DNA from: Zygnema circumcarinatum SAG 698-1b
Lineage: Eukaryota; Plantae; Zygnematophyceae
Direction: 5' to 3'
Length of the DNA: 64,000 nt
Assembly (NCBI GenBank): GCA_037447605.1
Contig: CM074806.1
Location: 496,001 to 560,000 of the forward strand
Each line of letters begins with the position of its first letter. Position 1 is the first letter of the stretch. The notes beneath the pieces were generated by a model. That model had not been told where the DNA came from. It did no database searches and saw only the letters and a program-made list of their open reading frames with translations. Shown piece by piece: positions 25,487 through 38,858 of the stretch. Made by a program: the position numbers and the translations under genes.

Positions 25487-26892
25487 CTGCACCAGCCACC
25501 GCTTCATCTTTCAATTCGAATCCGACGGCATAAGCTGCACCGACCAATTCAAATCCATTTGTAAAGGCCGGAAGCCATCTATACAATGGGACCTGCTTCA
25601 GCTCCTGACTCGAAATCAAACCCTCCGTAACTTGTTAGCAATTTTGAAAAAAAAAATTCATCGGAAGAAAAGTTGCAGGGTGGATCTTTAGAATGATCGA
25701 TTGCAATTTTTTCCCTCTCCTCTTTTTCTCTCACTCACACACACGCACACACGCACTACATAGACAAAAGATTATCAGGTTAAAGATTGCCATCAGCGAG
25801 GTAGTTGAGTATTCATCTGGAATTTCTTTCCAGTTCTTCTTTAGCATTTTCCAGTTTAACATGTTTACTATTTTAATCTTTGCCTGATGATGATTGAAGT
25901 TCTATGTCCCGCTGTGATGAGTGTTGGGTGCCTCTCTGCAATCCTTTCATCTTCTTTTGTGCAATTTGAAGCTGCGACATGGAAATTTTCAATCATTGCC
26001 AAACCCCCTCTTACTTGCTCGTGTTGCAAACGCTTCATTTCACACCAAGTTCATAGTCTTCTTATATATTTTCGTCTAATATTTGGAAAGAAACCCGGGA
26101 CGAAAAAAGGTACACCGAGCGAAGTTCGTTAGAAGCAGCCAACACGCGTTGCTTCCTTTGGAAACAAGGGGATCATTCGCAGAGTCTCAGAGACATGCAA
26201 TTGAATATAACAGAATTTCATCTCTCAAGAAATTCTACAAAAGTGAAAGTTCTGATTGACTGCCTAATTGATTGACCGAGCGGCCGACCGGTCAAAGTTC
26301 TGACAAAACGACCTGACTTTTCCTTTTGAGGCGTGCTTTGCAAACGCCTACGCGCCAACTCTCTGACCATTGGAACCTTCTCAAGAGACGCCATTTTGCT
26401 GGAAGAGCAAGAGCTGGAGGATCGAGAAAGGAGTAACTGTGCTGCTCCAATGGATGAAAAGAGTATCTATTTATTCCTGTTCATCCTTTCTGTTAGAAAC
26501 ACGACGTTTCTAATCACTTGAGAGAGACCCGGAAACGAAACGTTATTCTTTGACCTTGATAAAGTCAACATCAAATAACTAAGGCTCCTGAAAGGCGTTG
26601 ACGCTCGTCGATGCAGAAATAGCCTCGAGAGGAGACCTGCCAACACAGCGCGAGAGAGCAGACAATGCGAAGCTGATCAGAAAAGAGAACAAGGGACATA
26701 CAATTGCATCATCAATTGGACGCTCTTGAAAGTAGATATTTCACCGTTTCAGCAGGGAAACGTACGAAGAAATTTGATGCTTGAAAACAGGTAACTGGCG
26801 TAGAAATCAAGATGAGTGGAGAGATACAGGAAACTCCTCAGAGAAAAAAGCATGTGAAGGAAATTTTTTACCTTATCGTTTTTCGTACAGCG

Positions 26893-27549
26893 TCAAACAG
26901 GGCTTCCATCGTCCTCCACGTTACACCCACAACGGGGTACGTCTTCTACTTCGTATGACAACCGGTTCTTGATCTCAGCCGTCAAGCCCTTGTAATCGTA
27001 GCCATTTCCCTTCATTTGAAACATTACAGCAGCTGAAAGGTTGCCGCCTCGCCACACCTTTTCCACACCCAACTACTTCAGCAACGTAAGATAAATAAGA
27101 AGACGACGAACCACAGGAGTCTCTCTCATTGAAAACATGGCACATATAAAGTAGGCAGACAAAGCTATTTACGAAATATCTTTCAGAATGCAACACTGTA
27201 AGATTCTCCAAACAATGAAAGGGAGATTCCTGTAATCGATGAGTGTAGCAAGGACGAATATCAGGAATAAGACCAAATTGAAGATCAAGCAATGATCAAT
27301 ATTGATACCAATAACAGCATCAGAATCGAAGCATCGTTCACTAACCTGCGCGGTCCTGAGCACTTTCAGAGCTTCTTGCGGCCCTTTTTCAGCACAAAGG
27401 CGGTGCAGCCACTGCCTGCAGACGTCGTCAGCGTCTTCAAAGCTGCCCCTCTCACCCTCCGCGTCATTCATAGACGACGCGAGGAGCCTGAGCCGTCCTT
27501 CCACCACTTCCGGAAGGCTTGGATGGAGCGGATCCCCTATTTGCACCAT
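26893..27549 (-). CDS. Small hypothetical protein (~127 aa), possibly hnRNP-Q acidic-domain-like
   Basis: Exons 27549-27346 and 27072-26893, phase 0, non-repetitive and protein-like; a TATA-like site near 27765. Further exon-like segments at about 25900-26640 could not be joined reliably. Confidence 0.5.
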
Positions 27550-28485
27550 ATTGAAAGAATAATTCTCTCAATAATAACAATAATTATCTCTTGAAGCTAT
27601 TGAAATAGAACGCAAAAAAAAAGATTTAATAATTTATAATTCTATATGACAACATAAGAATTTATTGCTTTCAACAAAAGCTCCTCCTGCAGCTCCTCCT
27701 TCAGCCCCCCCTCCCTCTCTCCGAGCGAGCCAGAAATGATGGTGGCTGAGCAGACGGGATATCTTATAGGCGGCGCCGGGGGGAGCAGGGACAGATATGG
27801 GACACAATAGAGAAATGTTTCAGCTGCCCGTTGGTGCTAAAACATTTTACAAGTGTAAAGACACATTCTGATTGGGTGAAAGGTCGAGTGTTAGGGCCTT
27901 CGGGCAGCTAGAAACCTTTTTTTCACGTGTCGGTGGCCCGGTTTCTGCTTGTTCGCGCGTACGGATTTTTGTTCGCAGGGCGGGACGTACGAGGTCGCCG
28001 ATAGATGTGACAGGACCGGATTTCTCAGATTTCGCATGTAAACAGTATCGCTGTTGTGTTACAGTTCTGGAATCTGGTTGTGTTTTTGAACTGTGACATG
28101 TAACGCTCTTTATCCTCCGTACTATTTTCGTACATACGTTGGTGACACGTCGGATACTTGCACGTGTCAAATGGATCCCATCTCGGCCAATCAGGAGGTG
28201 GTCCCGCACTTGCGAAATGCTTTCGCCAATCAACGTCATCCAAAAAGTCAACGTTTATTGAACAGCCAATAGGTGAACGGAATCACACGTGTAAATTCGT
28301 GGGAGAATCTTGAAGTTTGACCACGCGGTACGTTCAGCCAATCAGCGTTCGCCAAGTCCCCAACTGTTCTATGTTGGCAACGGATACAGTAACAGGGAAC
28401 AGAACTGTGCACAGCGAAAGGGTTACACTGCTTGAAAGGGACGCTCCCTGAAAGGGACGGCCACTCCGGCACTTGCGAGGCAGCC

Positions 28486-28579
28486 ATGGCCGACGGTTGG
28501 GAAAGCTTGGGAGGTAGCGACAAAAATGGAGAGAGAGAGAGGGAGACGGATGGAGGAAGAGGGAAGGAGGGGGATAGAC

Positions 28580-28611
<32 letters not shown>

Positions 28612-29647
28612 GGATTACGTCGCTTCAAAGAAAGCGACGGCTCGTACGGCTGCGATGCGGGGCCCACGGACTGTGGGGCTGCGAGCAGGTGATTCTGAAG
28701 GGAGGGTTTAGGGTTTTTTGCGGAGCGAGCAGGCGTACGGAGGAGAGGGGAGGGAGATCTCCTTTCATTGTCTTGTTCGCGCCACGCTGTCCTTGGCCCT
28801 CTGCAGGCCTCCCCCTGCAGGCGCAGCAGGTGCAGGTATAAGAGGGCGATGCTTCTCTGCAATAATATCACTTGCAAGTCATTTTGCTCATCAATAAAGG
28901 AAAAGGAAAACTTGAAGCTGCAAGTTGCTGCTTCTAGTCTTTTATCATACGCAGACAGGAGCTGGACATATCTTCAGATTCTTCTTCTTCTTCTCCTTAT
29001 TCTTATTCTTCTCCTTCTTCTTCTTCTCCTTCTTCTTCTTCTCCTTCTTCTTCTTCGTCTTCTTCTTCTTCATCTTCTTCTTCTTCATCTTCATCTTCAT
29101 CTTCATCTCTTTCATTTCCATCTTCATCTTCATCTTCACCTTCATCTCTTTCATTTCCATCTTCATCTTCATCTTCTTCCTTATCGTCAGCCGGGAGAGA
29201 AGCTTGTTCCCATCCAACAGGAGGAGGAGGAGGATGCTTTTCCCGGGGGGTCCATTTCCAGGCGCGGGTTCAGACCTGCTGGCGGAGGGCGGCGCGCGGG
29301 CCCTCCGTTTGGGCCTGCAGGGGCAGCACCTCCTGCCAAGGGCCGCCTTTGGGGGGGGGGGAGGGCGGGCAGGGGGGGCTGCTTCCTCGACCTCCTTTAG
29401 GTGTACTGCCATTCATTTTTCTATGTACATTGTTGAATGTTGTTGCAGGATTTTCTACGTATTTGTTTTGTTATGTTTTGGGGACTCAGCAAGCAAGGAG
29501 GGTTTTCAGGGCAAACAGCTTTTCTGAATCACTGTAGAGATTTTGCAGGGATGAGAGTGACCGTGTACAGTAACGAGTTCAATATTTTTTTAAGTTTGCA
29601 AGATTTATTTTGCAGCTGCGGAATTGTAGCCAACGCGTCGTTTCTCT

Positions 29648-29685
<38 letters not shown>

Positions 29686-32600
29686 GACGAAGAGCGCTTC
29701 TGAATGAGAAGCTCGATCGCGAGAACAGAGGTCGACTGCTGAGGCCATCGTCCCCTAAAGGGAAGGCTATAAGAGATTTCCAGAAGGTATAATGCTTCTT
29801 GTAATGATTCAACTCGGGAAAAGTTGAAAATGTCTAAGAGTCGTTGCTCGTTGTACAATGTAGCGAGAAACCTGCATATCATTTTTTCCTTTCTCTCCGT
29901 CTCCAACGTTCCCCTCGAGCTCTGTCTCCTTCTCTCTCACTACTCTCTCTCCACAACTCCTCACTCCCTCCCTCATTCTCGCTCTTACAATCTTCCCCCT
30001 TCCCCTTCCACTTTCCTCCCTCCCTCTCTCCCAAGCTCACACTATGCCCCCTTTTCCCTCCTTCCTCCCCACACCTCTCGCTCTCCCTTTCTCTCCCCAC
30101 CTCTCTCTCCCCCTTTCCCTCCTCACTCCCCACACATCTCTCTCGCCCCCTTCCCTCTCTCTCTCTCCCTCTCCCCTCCATTCTCCCTTCACCTCTCACT
30201 CTCTCTCTCCCACTCTTTCCCCTTTTTCTCTCCTTTTTCTCTCCTCCGTCTCCCACCCTCTCTTCACACATCCCTACCTTACCCCTCTCCCCCCATATTT
30301 CTCCTTCCTCTCAAGCAGCTCTTGAAGACCTTCCCTCTCGCCTCCGCCCTCACCGCCGGCTCCCTCAGTCTCAGCGGCGACTCCATTGCCCAATTCGTGG
30401 AACACACACAGAAAAAAAAATCCGCCGAAAACCCATCCTCCTCCTCCTTAAACCCAAATCAAAATTTTCCATCCCTCTTCACCCGACTCCTCGCATATGA
30501 TTGGCGGCGAACCCTCCGTATGGCCACATATGGCGCCTTCCTGTACGCTCCGGGCACCACTGTTTGGTACCACCAATTGGACAGGGTTGTGCCCGGAACC
30601 ACAGTCCCCTCTATCGCCGCCAAAGTGGCAGCCAATCAGCTTCTTTTGGGCCCCGCGATCCTATTGGTCGTCTGGGGGTGGAATTACGGCTGGACGGGCA
30701 GACTCAAGGAACTGCCAAACAAGGCGCGCTGCGATTTGGGGCCGTCCGTACTCGCGTGTGAGTGAAAGGGAGGGGATTGGAGATCGGAATGGCAACCCNN
30801 NNNNNNNNTTTTTTTTTTTTTTTTTTTTTTTTAACAGACGAAGAGCGCTTCTGAATGAGAAGCTCGATCGCGAGAACAGAGGTCGACTGCTGAGGCCATC
30901 GTCCCCTAAAGGGAAGGCTATAAGAGATTTCCAGAAGGTATAATGCTTCTTGTAATGATTCAACTCGGGAAAAGTTGAAAATGTCTAAGAGTCGTTGCTC
31001 GTTGTACAATGTAGCGAGAAACCTGCATATCATTTTTTCCTTTCTCTCCGTCTCCAACGTTCCCCTCGAGCTCTGTCTCCTTCTCTCTCACTACTCTCTC
31101 TCCACAACTCCTCACTCCCTCCCTCATTCTCGCTCTTACAATCTTCCCCCTTCCCCTTCCACTTTCCTCCCTCCCTCTCTCCCAAGCTCACACTATGCCC
31201 CCTTTTCCCTCCTTCCTCCCCACACCTCTCGCTCTCCCTTTCTCTCCCCACCTCTCTCTCCCCCTTTCCCTCCTCACTCCCCACACATCTCTCTCGCCCC
31301 CTTCCCTCTCTCTCTCTCCCTCTCCCCTCCATTCTCCCTTCACCTCTCACTCTCTCTCTCACTCCCACTGTCTCTCTCTCCCTTCCTCTCTCTCTCTCTC
31401 TCTTTCCATCTCTTGATGGGAGAGGACTTGGAAGGCGTTCGGGGGATCTAAGGAACCTGATGTTGCTTTCATGGATTGCGCCTGTGTGCAGCATTTAGGT
31501 TTTGGCTCCCTGCAACTGTCACAAACTTTGCGTACGTAACTTCAATCCCTTCTCTCTCCCCTCTCTCCCTCCCTCCTTCTCTCCTCCCCCCTCTCCCTCT
31601 CATTCCCTTGCCCTCTTCTGTTCCTCTCCTGTTTTCTCTCACTCCCGTTCCCACTCCCCCTTCATCGTCTTCTCCCACTCTTACCTCCACTCCCTACAGA
31701 GCGNNNNNNNNNNATCTCTCTCGCCCCCTTCCCTCTCTCTCTCTCCCTCTCCCCTCCATTCTCCCTTCACCTCTCACTCTCTCTCTCCCACTCTTTCCCC
31801 TTTTTCTCTCCTTTTTCTCTCCTCCGTCTCCCACCCTCTCTTCACACATCCCTACCTTACCCCTCTCCCCCCATATTTCTCCTTCCTCTCAAGCAGCTCT
31901 TGAAGACCTTCCCTCTCGCCTCCGCCCTCACCGCCGGCTCCCTCAGTCTCAGCGGCGACTCCATTGCCCAATTCGTGGAACACACACAGAAAAAAAAATC
32001 CGCCGAAAACCCATCCTCCTCCTCCTTAAACCCAAATCAAAATTTTCCATCCCTCTTCACCCGACTCCTCGCATATGATTGGCGGCGAACCCTCCGTATG
32101 GCCACATATGGCGCCTTCCTGTACGCTCCGGGCACCACTGTTTGGTACCACCAATTGGACAGGGTTGTGCCCGGAACCACAGTCCCCTCTATCGCCGCCA
32201 AAGTGGCAGCCAATCAGCTTCTTTTGGGCCCCGCGATCCTATTGGTCGTCTGGGGGTGGAATTACGGCTGGACGGGCAGACTCAAGGAACTGCCAAACAA
32301 GGCGCGCTGCGATTTGGGGCCGTCCGTACTCGCGTGTGAGTGAAAGGGAGGGGATTGGAGATCGGAATGGCAACCCTCCCCCCCCCCCCCCCCNNNNNNN
32401 NNNCCCCCCCCCCCCCCCCCCCCTTTACGGCCCCTTTTTTTTGTCTTTTTTTAAGCATTGCCTAGTGGCCGTTTGTGTTTTGTGGGGTATAAGCGAAATT
32501 GCGGTCCCTTTCTTTCCCTTTCTCTCTCTCTCTCTTTTTTTTCTTTCTCTTTCTATTTCTCTCTCTCGCTCACTCCCACCTTCTCTCTTTCACTCTCTCT

Positions 32601-33252
32601 CTCTCTCCCATTCTCTCTCTCTCTTTTTCTCTTTCACTCACTCTCTCTCACTCCCACTCTCCCTCTCTCTCTCTTTTTCTCTTTCTCTCTCTCTCACTCC
32701 CACTGTCTCTCTCTCCCTTCCTCTCTCTCTCTCTCTCTTTCCATCTCTTGATGGGAGAGGACTTGGAAGGCGTTCGGGGGATCTAAGGAACCTGATGTTG
32801 CTTTCATGGATTGCGCCTGTGTGCAGCATTTAGGTTTTGGCTCCCTGCAACTGTCACAAACTTTGCGTACGTAACTTCAATCCCTTCTCTCTCCCCTCTC
32901 TCCCTCCCTCCTTCTCTCCTCCCCCCTCTCCCTCTCATTCCCTTGCCCTCTTCTGTTCCTCTCCTGTTTTCTCTCACTCCCGTTCCCACTCCCCCTTCAT
33001 CGTCTTCTCCCACTCTTACCTCCACTCCCTACAGAGCGTAGAGTCCTCTCGCCTCTCCCTCCCTCTCGCCCTCCCCCTCTCTTTCTCTCTCTCCCCCTCT
33101 CTCCCACTTGCAATGCCTTTCTACCTCCACTCCTAATACCCGCCCTTGAACGGTATACATGCAGAGTGATTCCGTTGGGCGGGCGAGTGGCCTTTATGTC
33201 TGCTTGCGGATTATTCTGGAACTTTTACCTCTCTACTTCCTCTGCAAAATAG
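28486..33252 (+). CDS. Mpv17/PMP22 family membrane protein
   Basis: Exons 28486-28688, 29687-29786, 30319-30757 (duplicate at 31897-32335), 32827-32866 (duplicate at 31492-31531), 33165-33252. Motifs: GDSIAQ, YDWRRTLRMATYG, AKVAANQLLLGP, FWLPATVTNF, LFWNFYLS. Confidence 0.88.
28940..29345 (-). pseudogene. Decayed acidic (D/E-rich) coding fragment, antisense within Mpv17 intron 1
   Basis: One minus frame reads ..QAQTEGPRAALRQQV*TRAWKWTPREKHPPPPPVGWEQASLPADDKEEDEDED..EEEEGEE*E*GEEEEESEDMSS, with in-frame stops at 29272-29270, 29005-29003 and 28999-28997. Confidence 0.4.
29648..33038. other. Gap-bounded local duplications of Mpv17 segments (probable assembly artefact)
   Basis: Apparently identical copies at offsets of 1151, 1578 and 1335 bp, with junctions at N gaps (30799, 31704, 32394). 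Confidence 0.8.
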
Positions 33253-33937
33253 CGACAAATTTCGTTTTCTCATGTCAAGATTTGATCGCTCGCTCATCGT
33301 ATGACTACTGCCGCCATTACACCTCCTCACATTGGGGCATGCTTGGAAGCTGCTTCGTTTGCTGTCCGCCTTTATGTAGAGGATGACGTTTATAGGAATG
33401 TAAAAAAAAAGAAATATTGACTATACGACATTTCATCATTACCTAACTTTTTTTTGATATGAAGTTTGAAATTTGCATGCCTATATTTCTCTGGATACTT
33501 TTATGTGCGATTGTTTTAATCTCTCGAAAATTATACAACAATACTGTACATAGATTTATCCCTAAAAAAACTCAAAACTCTGAACTCTAAACAATTCAAA
33601 AGAAGCTGTAAACAGCTGCCGTGGAAAGATGAGACGCAGAAAAATGCAATTTTTTTTTTCTTTCTAAATTGAATGAAAATGCAAAACTCTCACAGAGTAC
33701 AGAACCTTTAAACACAAAAAGAGTTACACCAACATTCTGTAATCTGAACAGTAACCAAAAACTGAGACCCTTAAACCCCGACCTTTCAACCCTGTACAAA
33801 AAACACTTCACAATGTTATCATACCCTGCATGTCACATGCGCGCATAGACAATGACTTTTTCGGAAAAAAAAAAAAGAATCCTCTCTTTTTGGAAAAACT
33901 TCTAAAGAAGATCGAAAAATTCGATCTGAAACTGTCA

Positions 33938-34363
33938 TCATCCTCCGATGTGAATCATGGGTCGGTTCTGAGTCCGCGCAAGTTCAAACATTCCTGCATG
34001 CGCCGCCTTCTTCCTCTTCACCTGCACCCCCTCCCTCGCGGAAACACCCAAAAATACTTTCAGGGCCCTTGTAACACGCCTGTATATACAACATAGGGTT
34101 TAGGGTTTCTTGATACCTTCAAGGACAACTTCTAAGGATGGTTTAGCTGGTTTTTAACATGCATGGACGCATGGTGTTTGAATGCCATCATGACCATTCA
34201 TTGCATGATGATGCCATGGCACCATGAGAGCAGCTTTTGCACACATCATATGACTTTGACTGCATGGGAGAATTTCAGCTTGCTTTCAAGCAGCCAAGAT
34301 GAGGAGGCTCGCGAGTGAAGGACATGCGAAAGCGAGAAAAGAGGGAGAGAGAGCGCGAGAGAG

Positions 34364-34402
<39 letters not shown>

Positions 34403-35489
34403 CAGATGGAGAAAGATGGAGAGAGGCTCAAGAACGAAATCACAAAACGACAAAACAAGATCGCGTGTGAACGGGGGCCTCACCGCCGCACTGATGATGT
34501 CACATAGCGCATCATCGCTGACGTCAGCCCTAATAGCGTCCCTCAAGCTCACCTGCAAAGGCCCGCCCCTACATCCGGTCATCAAAGGCTCGCCTACAAA
34601 AAAACCCATTTTTGTGAAAAGAATGAAAGCAAAAAGCTGAAAAAAAAAAAGAAAAAAATCTGAAAATAGAAAAAGAAGCTGTGTTTGCTTTTACCTCCGC
34701 CGGTCCGAACAAACAAACTTTTAAATTTCCGTCCGCCATAAGGCGAAGTCGGTTACATCCGCTGCAAAAATGTTCCGTCATGCTGCTAATGAAAGAAACG
34801 CTGCCAGAAAAATTTTCGACCCGAAAATTTTTGGCAGTGTCAGAGGGGTGGTCTTTAAGGCGACGAATGCTCGGGTACCGTTCTTTCTGCCCCCCCAAAA
34901 AAAAAAAAAATCCAGTTTGAAATTTTCCTAGAAAGACTGAAAATAAATCAGCTTTGCGGAAACGTGAAAATGCCCATTTTTTTTTATTTTTTGAGCTATT
35001 CTATACATATTGGCCCGAACCATGAACCGGAGAGAAATTAGGGTTACTTTCGAATCTTCTCCTTACCACTGCCGCCAACATTTCTGCGTACGGAACCATT
35101 TTCCGTGAATTCCAAACATTTCCGTCAAACGGCATAAATTCGATGAAGCGAACATTGATGTTTTTGTTTCTCGTCAATTCGACAAAGTCACAAATTTCGT
35201 CCTCATTCACCCCTCGCATGACTACGCAGTTGACCTGCACAAACCGTTCCGTGCCAGAAATTTGAACTCAGTTCCGTTTGAATTCAGTTAATATATTCCC
35301 CAACGGACCCAAACCCTCCTTGCAGCACACAGAACCCCTTTGAACCAGATTCGCTGGAGAAAGTATAGGTAGACCCAAATAAAGGAGGTTGGGACAAACG
35401 AGAGAGAGAGAGAGAGCGAGAGAGAGAGAGAATGTGTGAGAGAGAGCGAGAGAGAAAGAGAGAGAGAGAAAGGGAGAGAGAGCGAGAGC

Positions 35490-35523
<34 letters not shown>

Positions 35524-37770
35524 GAGAGAGAGAGAGCGCGAGAGAGAGAGAGAGAAAGGGAGAGGGAGCAAGAGAGAGAGAGAGCGAAAGAGAGAGAGCG
35601 AGAGAGAGATAAAGAGAGAGAGAGCGAGAGAGAGATAAAGAGAGAGAGAGCGAGAGAGAGAGAGAGAGAGAGTGAGAGAGAGAGAGAGAGAGACGTGCCC
35701 GAAACTGACCTTGACAGGATCAAACCCTCGTTCAAGAGCTGTCTCTATGGCTTGCAAAACCTTTCCGTGCCCTTTTCTCCTCGTCAAGAATTCGAATTTG
35801 CTCGGCACCAAAGTGTCCAAACTGATGTTCAAGTGCGTCACTCCCGCGGCCTGCAGGCCTGCCAGCTGGCGCGATAGCACGATCCCATTGGTCGTCAGCG
35901 CCAGGTGTCGCAATCCTGTGAGAGCACTCAGCCGGCGGCAGATCTCCTCTATGTCCTTCCGTACAGTTGGCTCTCCTCCGGTCAGCCGAATTTTATCCAC
36001 GCCGCCCGAGACGAAAAGTCGGGCCACTCGAATGATTTCGTCGGTAGAGAGTAAATCTCTGCAAAGAGTGGGACACAGAGAGAGGTGAGGAGAGAGGTGG
36101 GAAAGCAAAGAGGAAGAGGGAGAGGAAGGGGAGAGAGAGGGAGAGGGTGGTGATGGGAGAGAGAAGTGGGGGGTAAATTTCAGTACTACATTGCGAGAGC
36201 TCTGACAGCTCTGAAGCACTTACTTTCAATTAATGGTTCACTCCCTCCCCAGTGATCCTCCACCTTCGTTTACTCACCTTCTCCCTCTTCCTATCCCTCT
36301 CACTGTCCCTCTTCTTCTCCCTCTCTCTCGCACTGTCCCTCTCCTTCTCCCTCGTCTTCTCCCCCTCTCTCTCTCACACTGTCCCTCTCCTTCTGCCTCG
36401 TCCTCTCTCCCCCTCTCTCACTCGCTGTCCCTCTACTTCTCCCTCCCCTTCCCATCACTCACCTGTTGGGAGTCAGTTCCGTGCCCTCCGCCGGCATGCA
36501 GTATTGACACCTGAGGTTACATCTCTCCGTTAATGAAATCCGTAAATAGTTATGTCTCCGTCCAAACGAATCTACAAGCATGTGACCCTCCTCCTCCACG
36601 CTTTCTCTCCTTCTCTCTCTCAGAAGTGTTCCTTCCCCTCCAGGGCCAATATCTAACCCTAACCTCCTCTCAGAATGGACGAAATGTGATGTCGAGGACG
36701 ATCTCGATGATGATGTTGCACTTGAATGAGTCGCTTCTCCTTGACCTTCTCTAACTTCAAATTTTCCGAGTCTACTACTACCTTCTTTACTATTATATTC
36801 AAGTTCTATCCCATTACTGTTTCCAACATAATCATTACATTCCCCAGTGTTGCTAGTATTATTACTATTTGAACGGTCCAACGGATCTGAAACATAGAAC
36901 GGGTCGCATGTAGCCATTTCTCGGAACCTCCGCTGACGCTCAATTTCTAGAGCCTCCTCGTTCTCCTGCATGCATGTAATATCCTCGTCACTAATATATT
37001 TTTTTTAAATTTTAAAGAAATGGGGGTTTCAAATTTCAACATTTTCAGTGTTCTCCTGATGGTTTCTAGAGTTCAAGAGCGTTCTAAAAAGCATTGGTGC
37101 ATACTAAAGGGCGGTTTCACGGCTTCAGAGCTTCCGAATTTTAGGATTCCAGAGCTTTCAAGAATAAATCGAGTGCTCCATCAGGGCCAGCCTTGATTTA
37201 AGTTGTCGGACCAAGAAAGGAACTCTCGCTTTCTCTTGCCTTCGGTTTCAATTTCCAAACAATGAGCATCGATTTCTTTTGTTTTTTTCACTTTTATGAG
37301 TGATTATGCTCCTTTCCCTCCCATGCACATCTCTGTGCTTTCTCTCTCTCTCCCCCACACACCCCTCCATTCCGCCTAACTCTCCTCTCCTCCTCGCTCT
37401 ACCTCTCCCTCCCTCTCCGTCCCTTTGCCTCTTTTAATTCCCTTCCTCCCATTTCTCTCTCGCTCTCTCTCTCGCAGCCACTTCTCCCTCACTCTGACTT
37501 CCTCACTCGTCCTTCTACCTCTCACTCTGTTTCTCTCGTCCTCTTCCATTCCCTCCCTCTCTCCCTCTCTCCCTCTTCCTTCCTTTCACTCAAACTTCTT
37601 TCCATCTTCCCTCTCCCTCCACCCCCCCCATCCCCCACCTGATCCGGTTCCGGTGTGAACGCCCACTCCGCCTCCGCCGCGACCGTCGTTGCAATGCGAA
37701 CGCCTCCGAAGAGCGGTCCGCGCCGACCGGCGCTCAGCAGAGAGCGGAGGGCGCGCCGGGAGGCCGCCAT
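33938..37770 (-). CDS. CNX2: GTP 3',8-cyclase, molybdenum cofactor biosynthesis (MoaA/MOCS1A), with an N-terminal transit peptide
   Basis: Exons 37770-37639, 36965-36463, 36058-35710, 35234-35067, 34886-34695, 34552-34484, 34021-33938. Radical SAM motif [14 protein letters not shown], second cluster [13 protein letters not shown], and C-terminal MIHIGG*. Confidence 0.97.
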
Positions 37771-38658
37771 GCCGCTCTGAACCCTCCACAGCAAGCCCTA
37801 ATTCGCACGCCCTGAACCCTCCTCCTCTCTGAGCAGCCCTGAGCCCAAGGGGAAGGGGTAGAGGGGGGAGGGAGGGAGAGAGCGGAGACTCAGGAGAGAG
37901 AGGGCATGGAGAGAGAGAGAGGGAGAGAGGAGAGACTCAGGAGAGCGAGGGCAGGGAGTGAGAAAGGGAGAGAGAGAGGGAGAGAGTGGGAGAGAGAGTG
38001 GGAGAGAGAGTGAGAGAGAGAGAGTGGGAGAGAGGGAAAGGAATTGTCACTTAGAATTTCGAGTCGCCGCGGCCATATATAACGTTTTGGCAATATCGAT
38101 ATTATCGCGATATTACATCCTTTTCTCAAATTATCTCCAGGTTCAGTGGACAAAGTTGAACCAGATCAACTATGGTGGAACTCAACGTCACGTCTCGATA
38201 TGTTGATCCGACGGCGCCCATTGGCCGAGGTCAACTTTGTTGAGCTGGGCTGCCACGCTGTACCGTTTGGACTCTCTGAGGCGCCGCTCGCACGTGCGAG
38301 GAAGGCTCCTGGAAACTTCCGCTGTCGAAGGGCTGCGCCTCTTTGGAGCCATAGGGGCCACCCAAAAATTTGGCCCTTCCCCAACACAAACATTGAGCAT
38401 GAAATCGCAAGTTTTTGCTTTACCTAGAGAAACAATTTAATTGTACGAACGTATTCCGTACGGAACCGCGCGAAATGCTGTTTCGATTTGGCCTTTCTAT
38501 TTCACGCGTCGCAGTGCGACTGTCCTGCGATGGAATGCGACGGAATGCGACTACCAGCATTGGTGCGCGCCCTGTCGCGAGTGCGACGCCATTTTTGTGG
38601 AGGGCCAAAAGCTGATGGAGGGTGCACACAGGCCTGGACTTGGGCACCTTCGCATACG

Positions 38659-38858
38659 GTTAGGGTTTAAGGTTTAGGGTTTCGGGTTAGGGCTTAGCGT
38701 TCTGGTTTAAGGGTTAGAGTTTAAGGTTCAGGGTATAGGGTTTCGGGTTTAGGGTTATAAGGTTTAGGGTTTAGGGTTCAGGGTTTAGGTTTAGGTTTAG
38801 GTTTAGGTTTAGGTTTAGGTTTGAGGGTTTAGGGTTTAGAGTTTAGGGTTTAGGGTTT
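38659..38858. repeat. Intergenic telomere-like array (TTTAGGG/TTTAGG)
   Basis: Degenerate TTTAGGG units including a (TTTAGG)n run at about 38785-38822. Confidence 0.9.
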
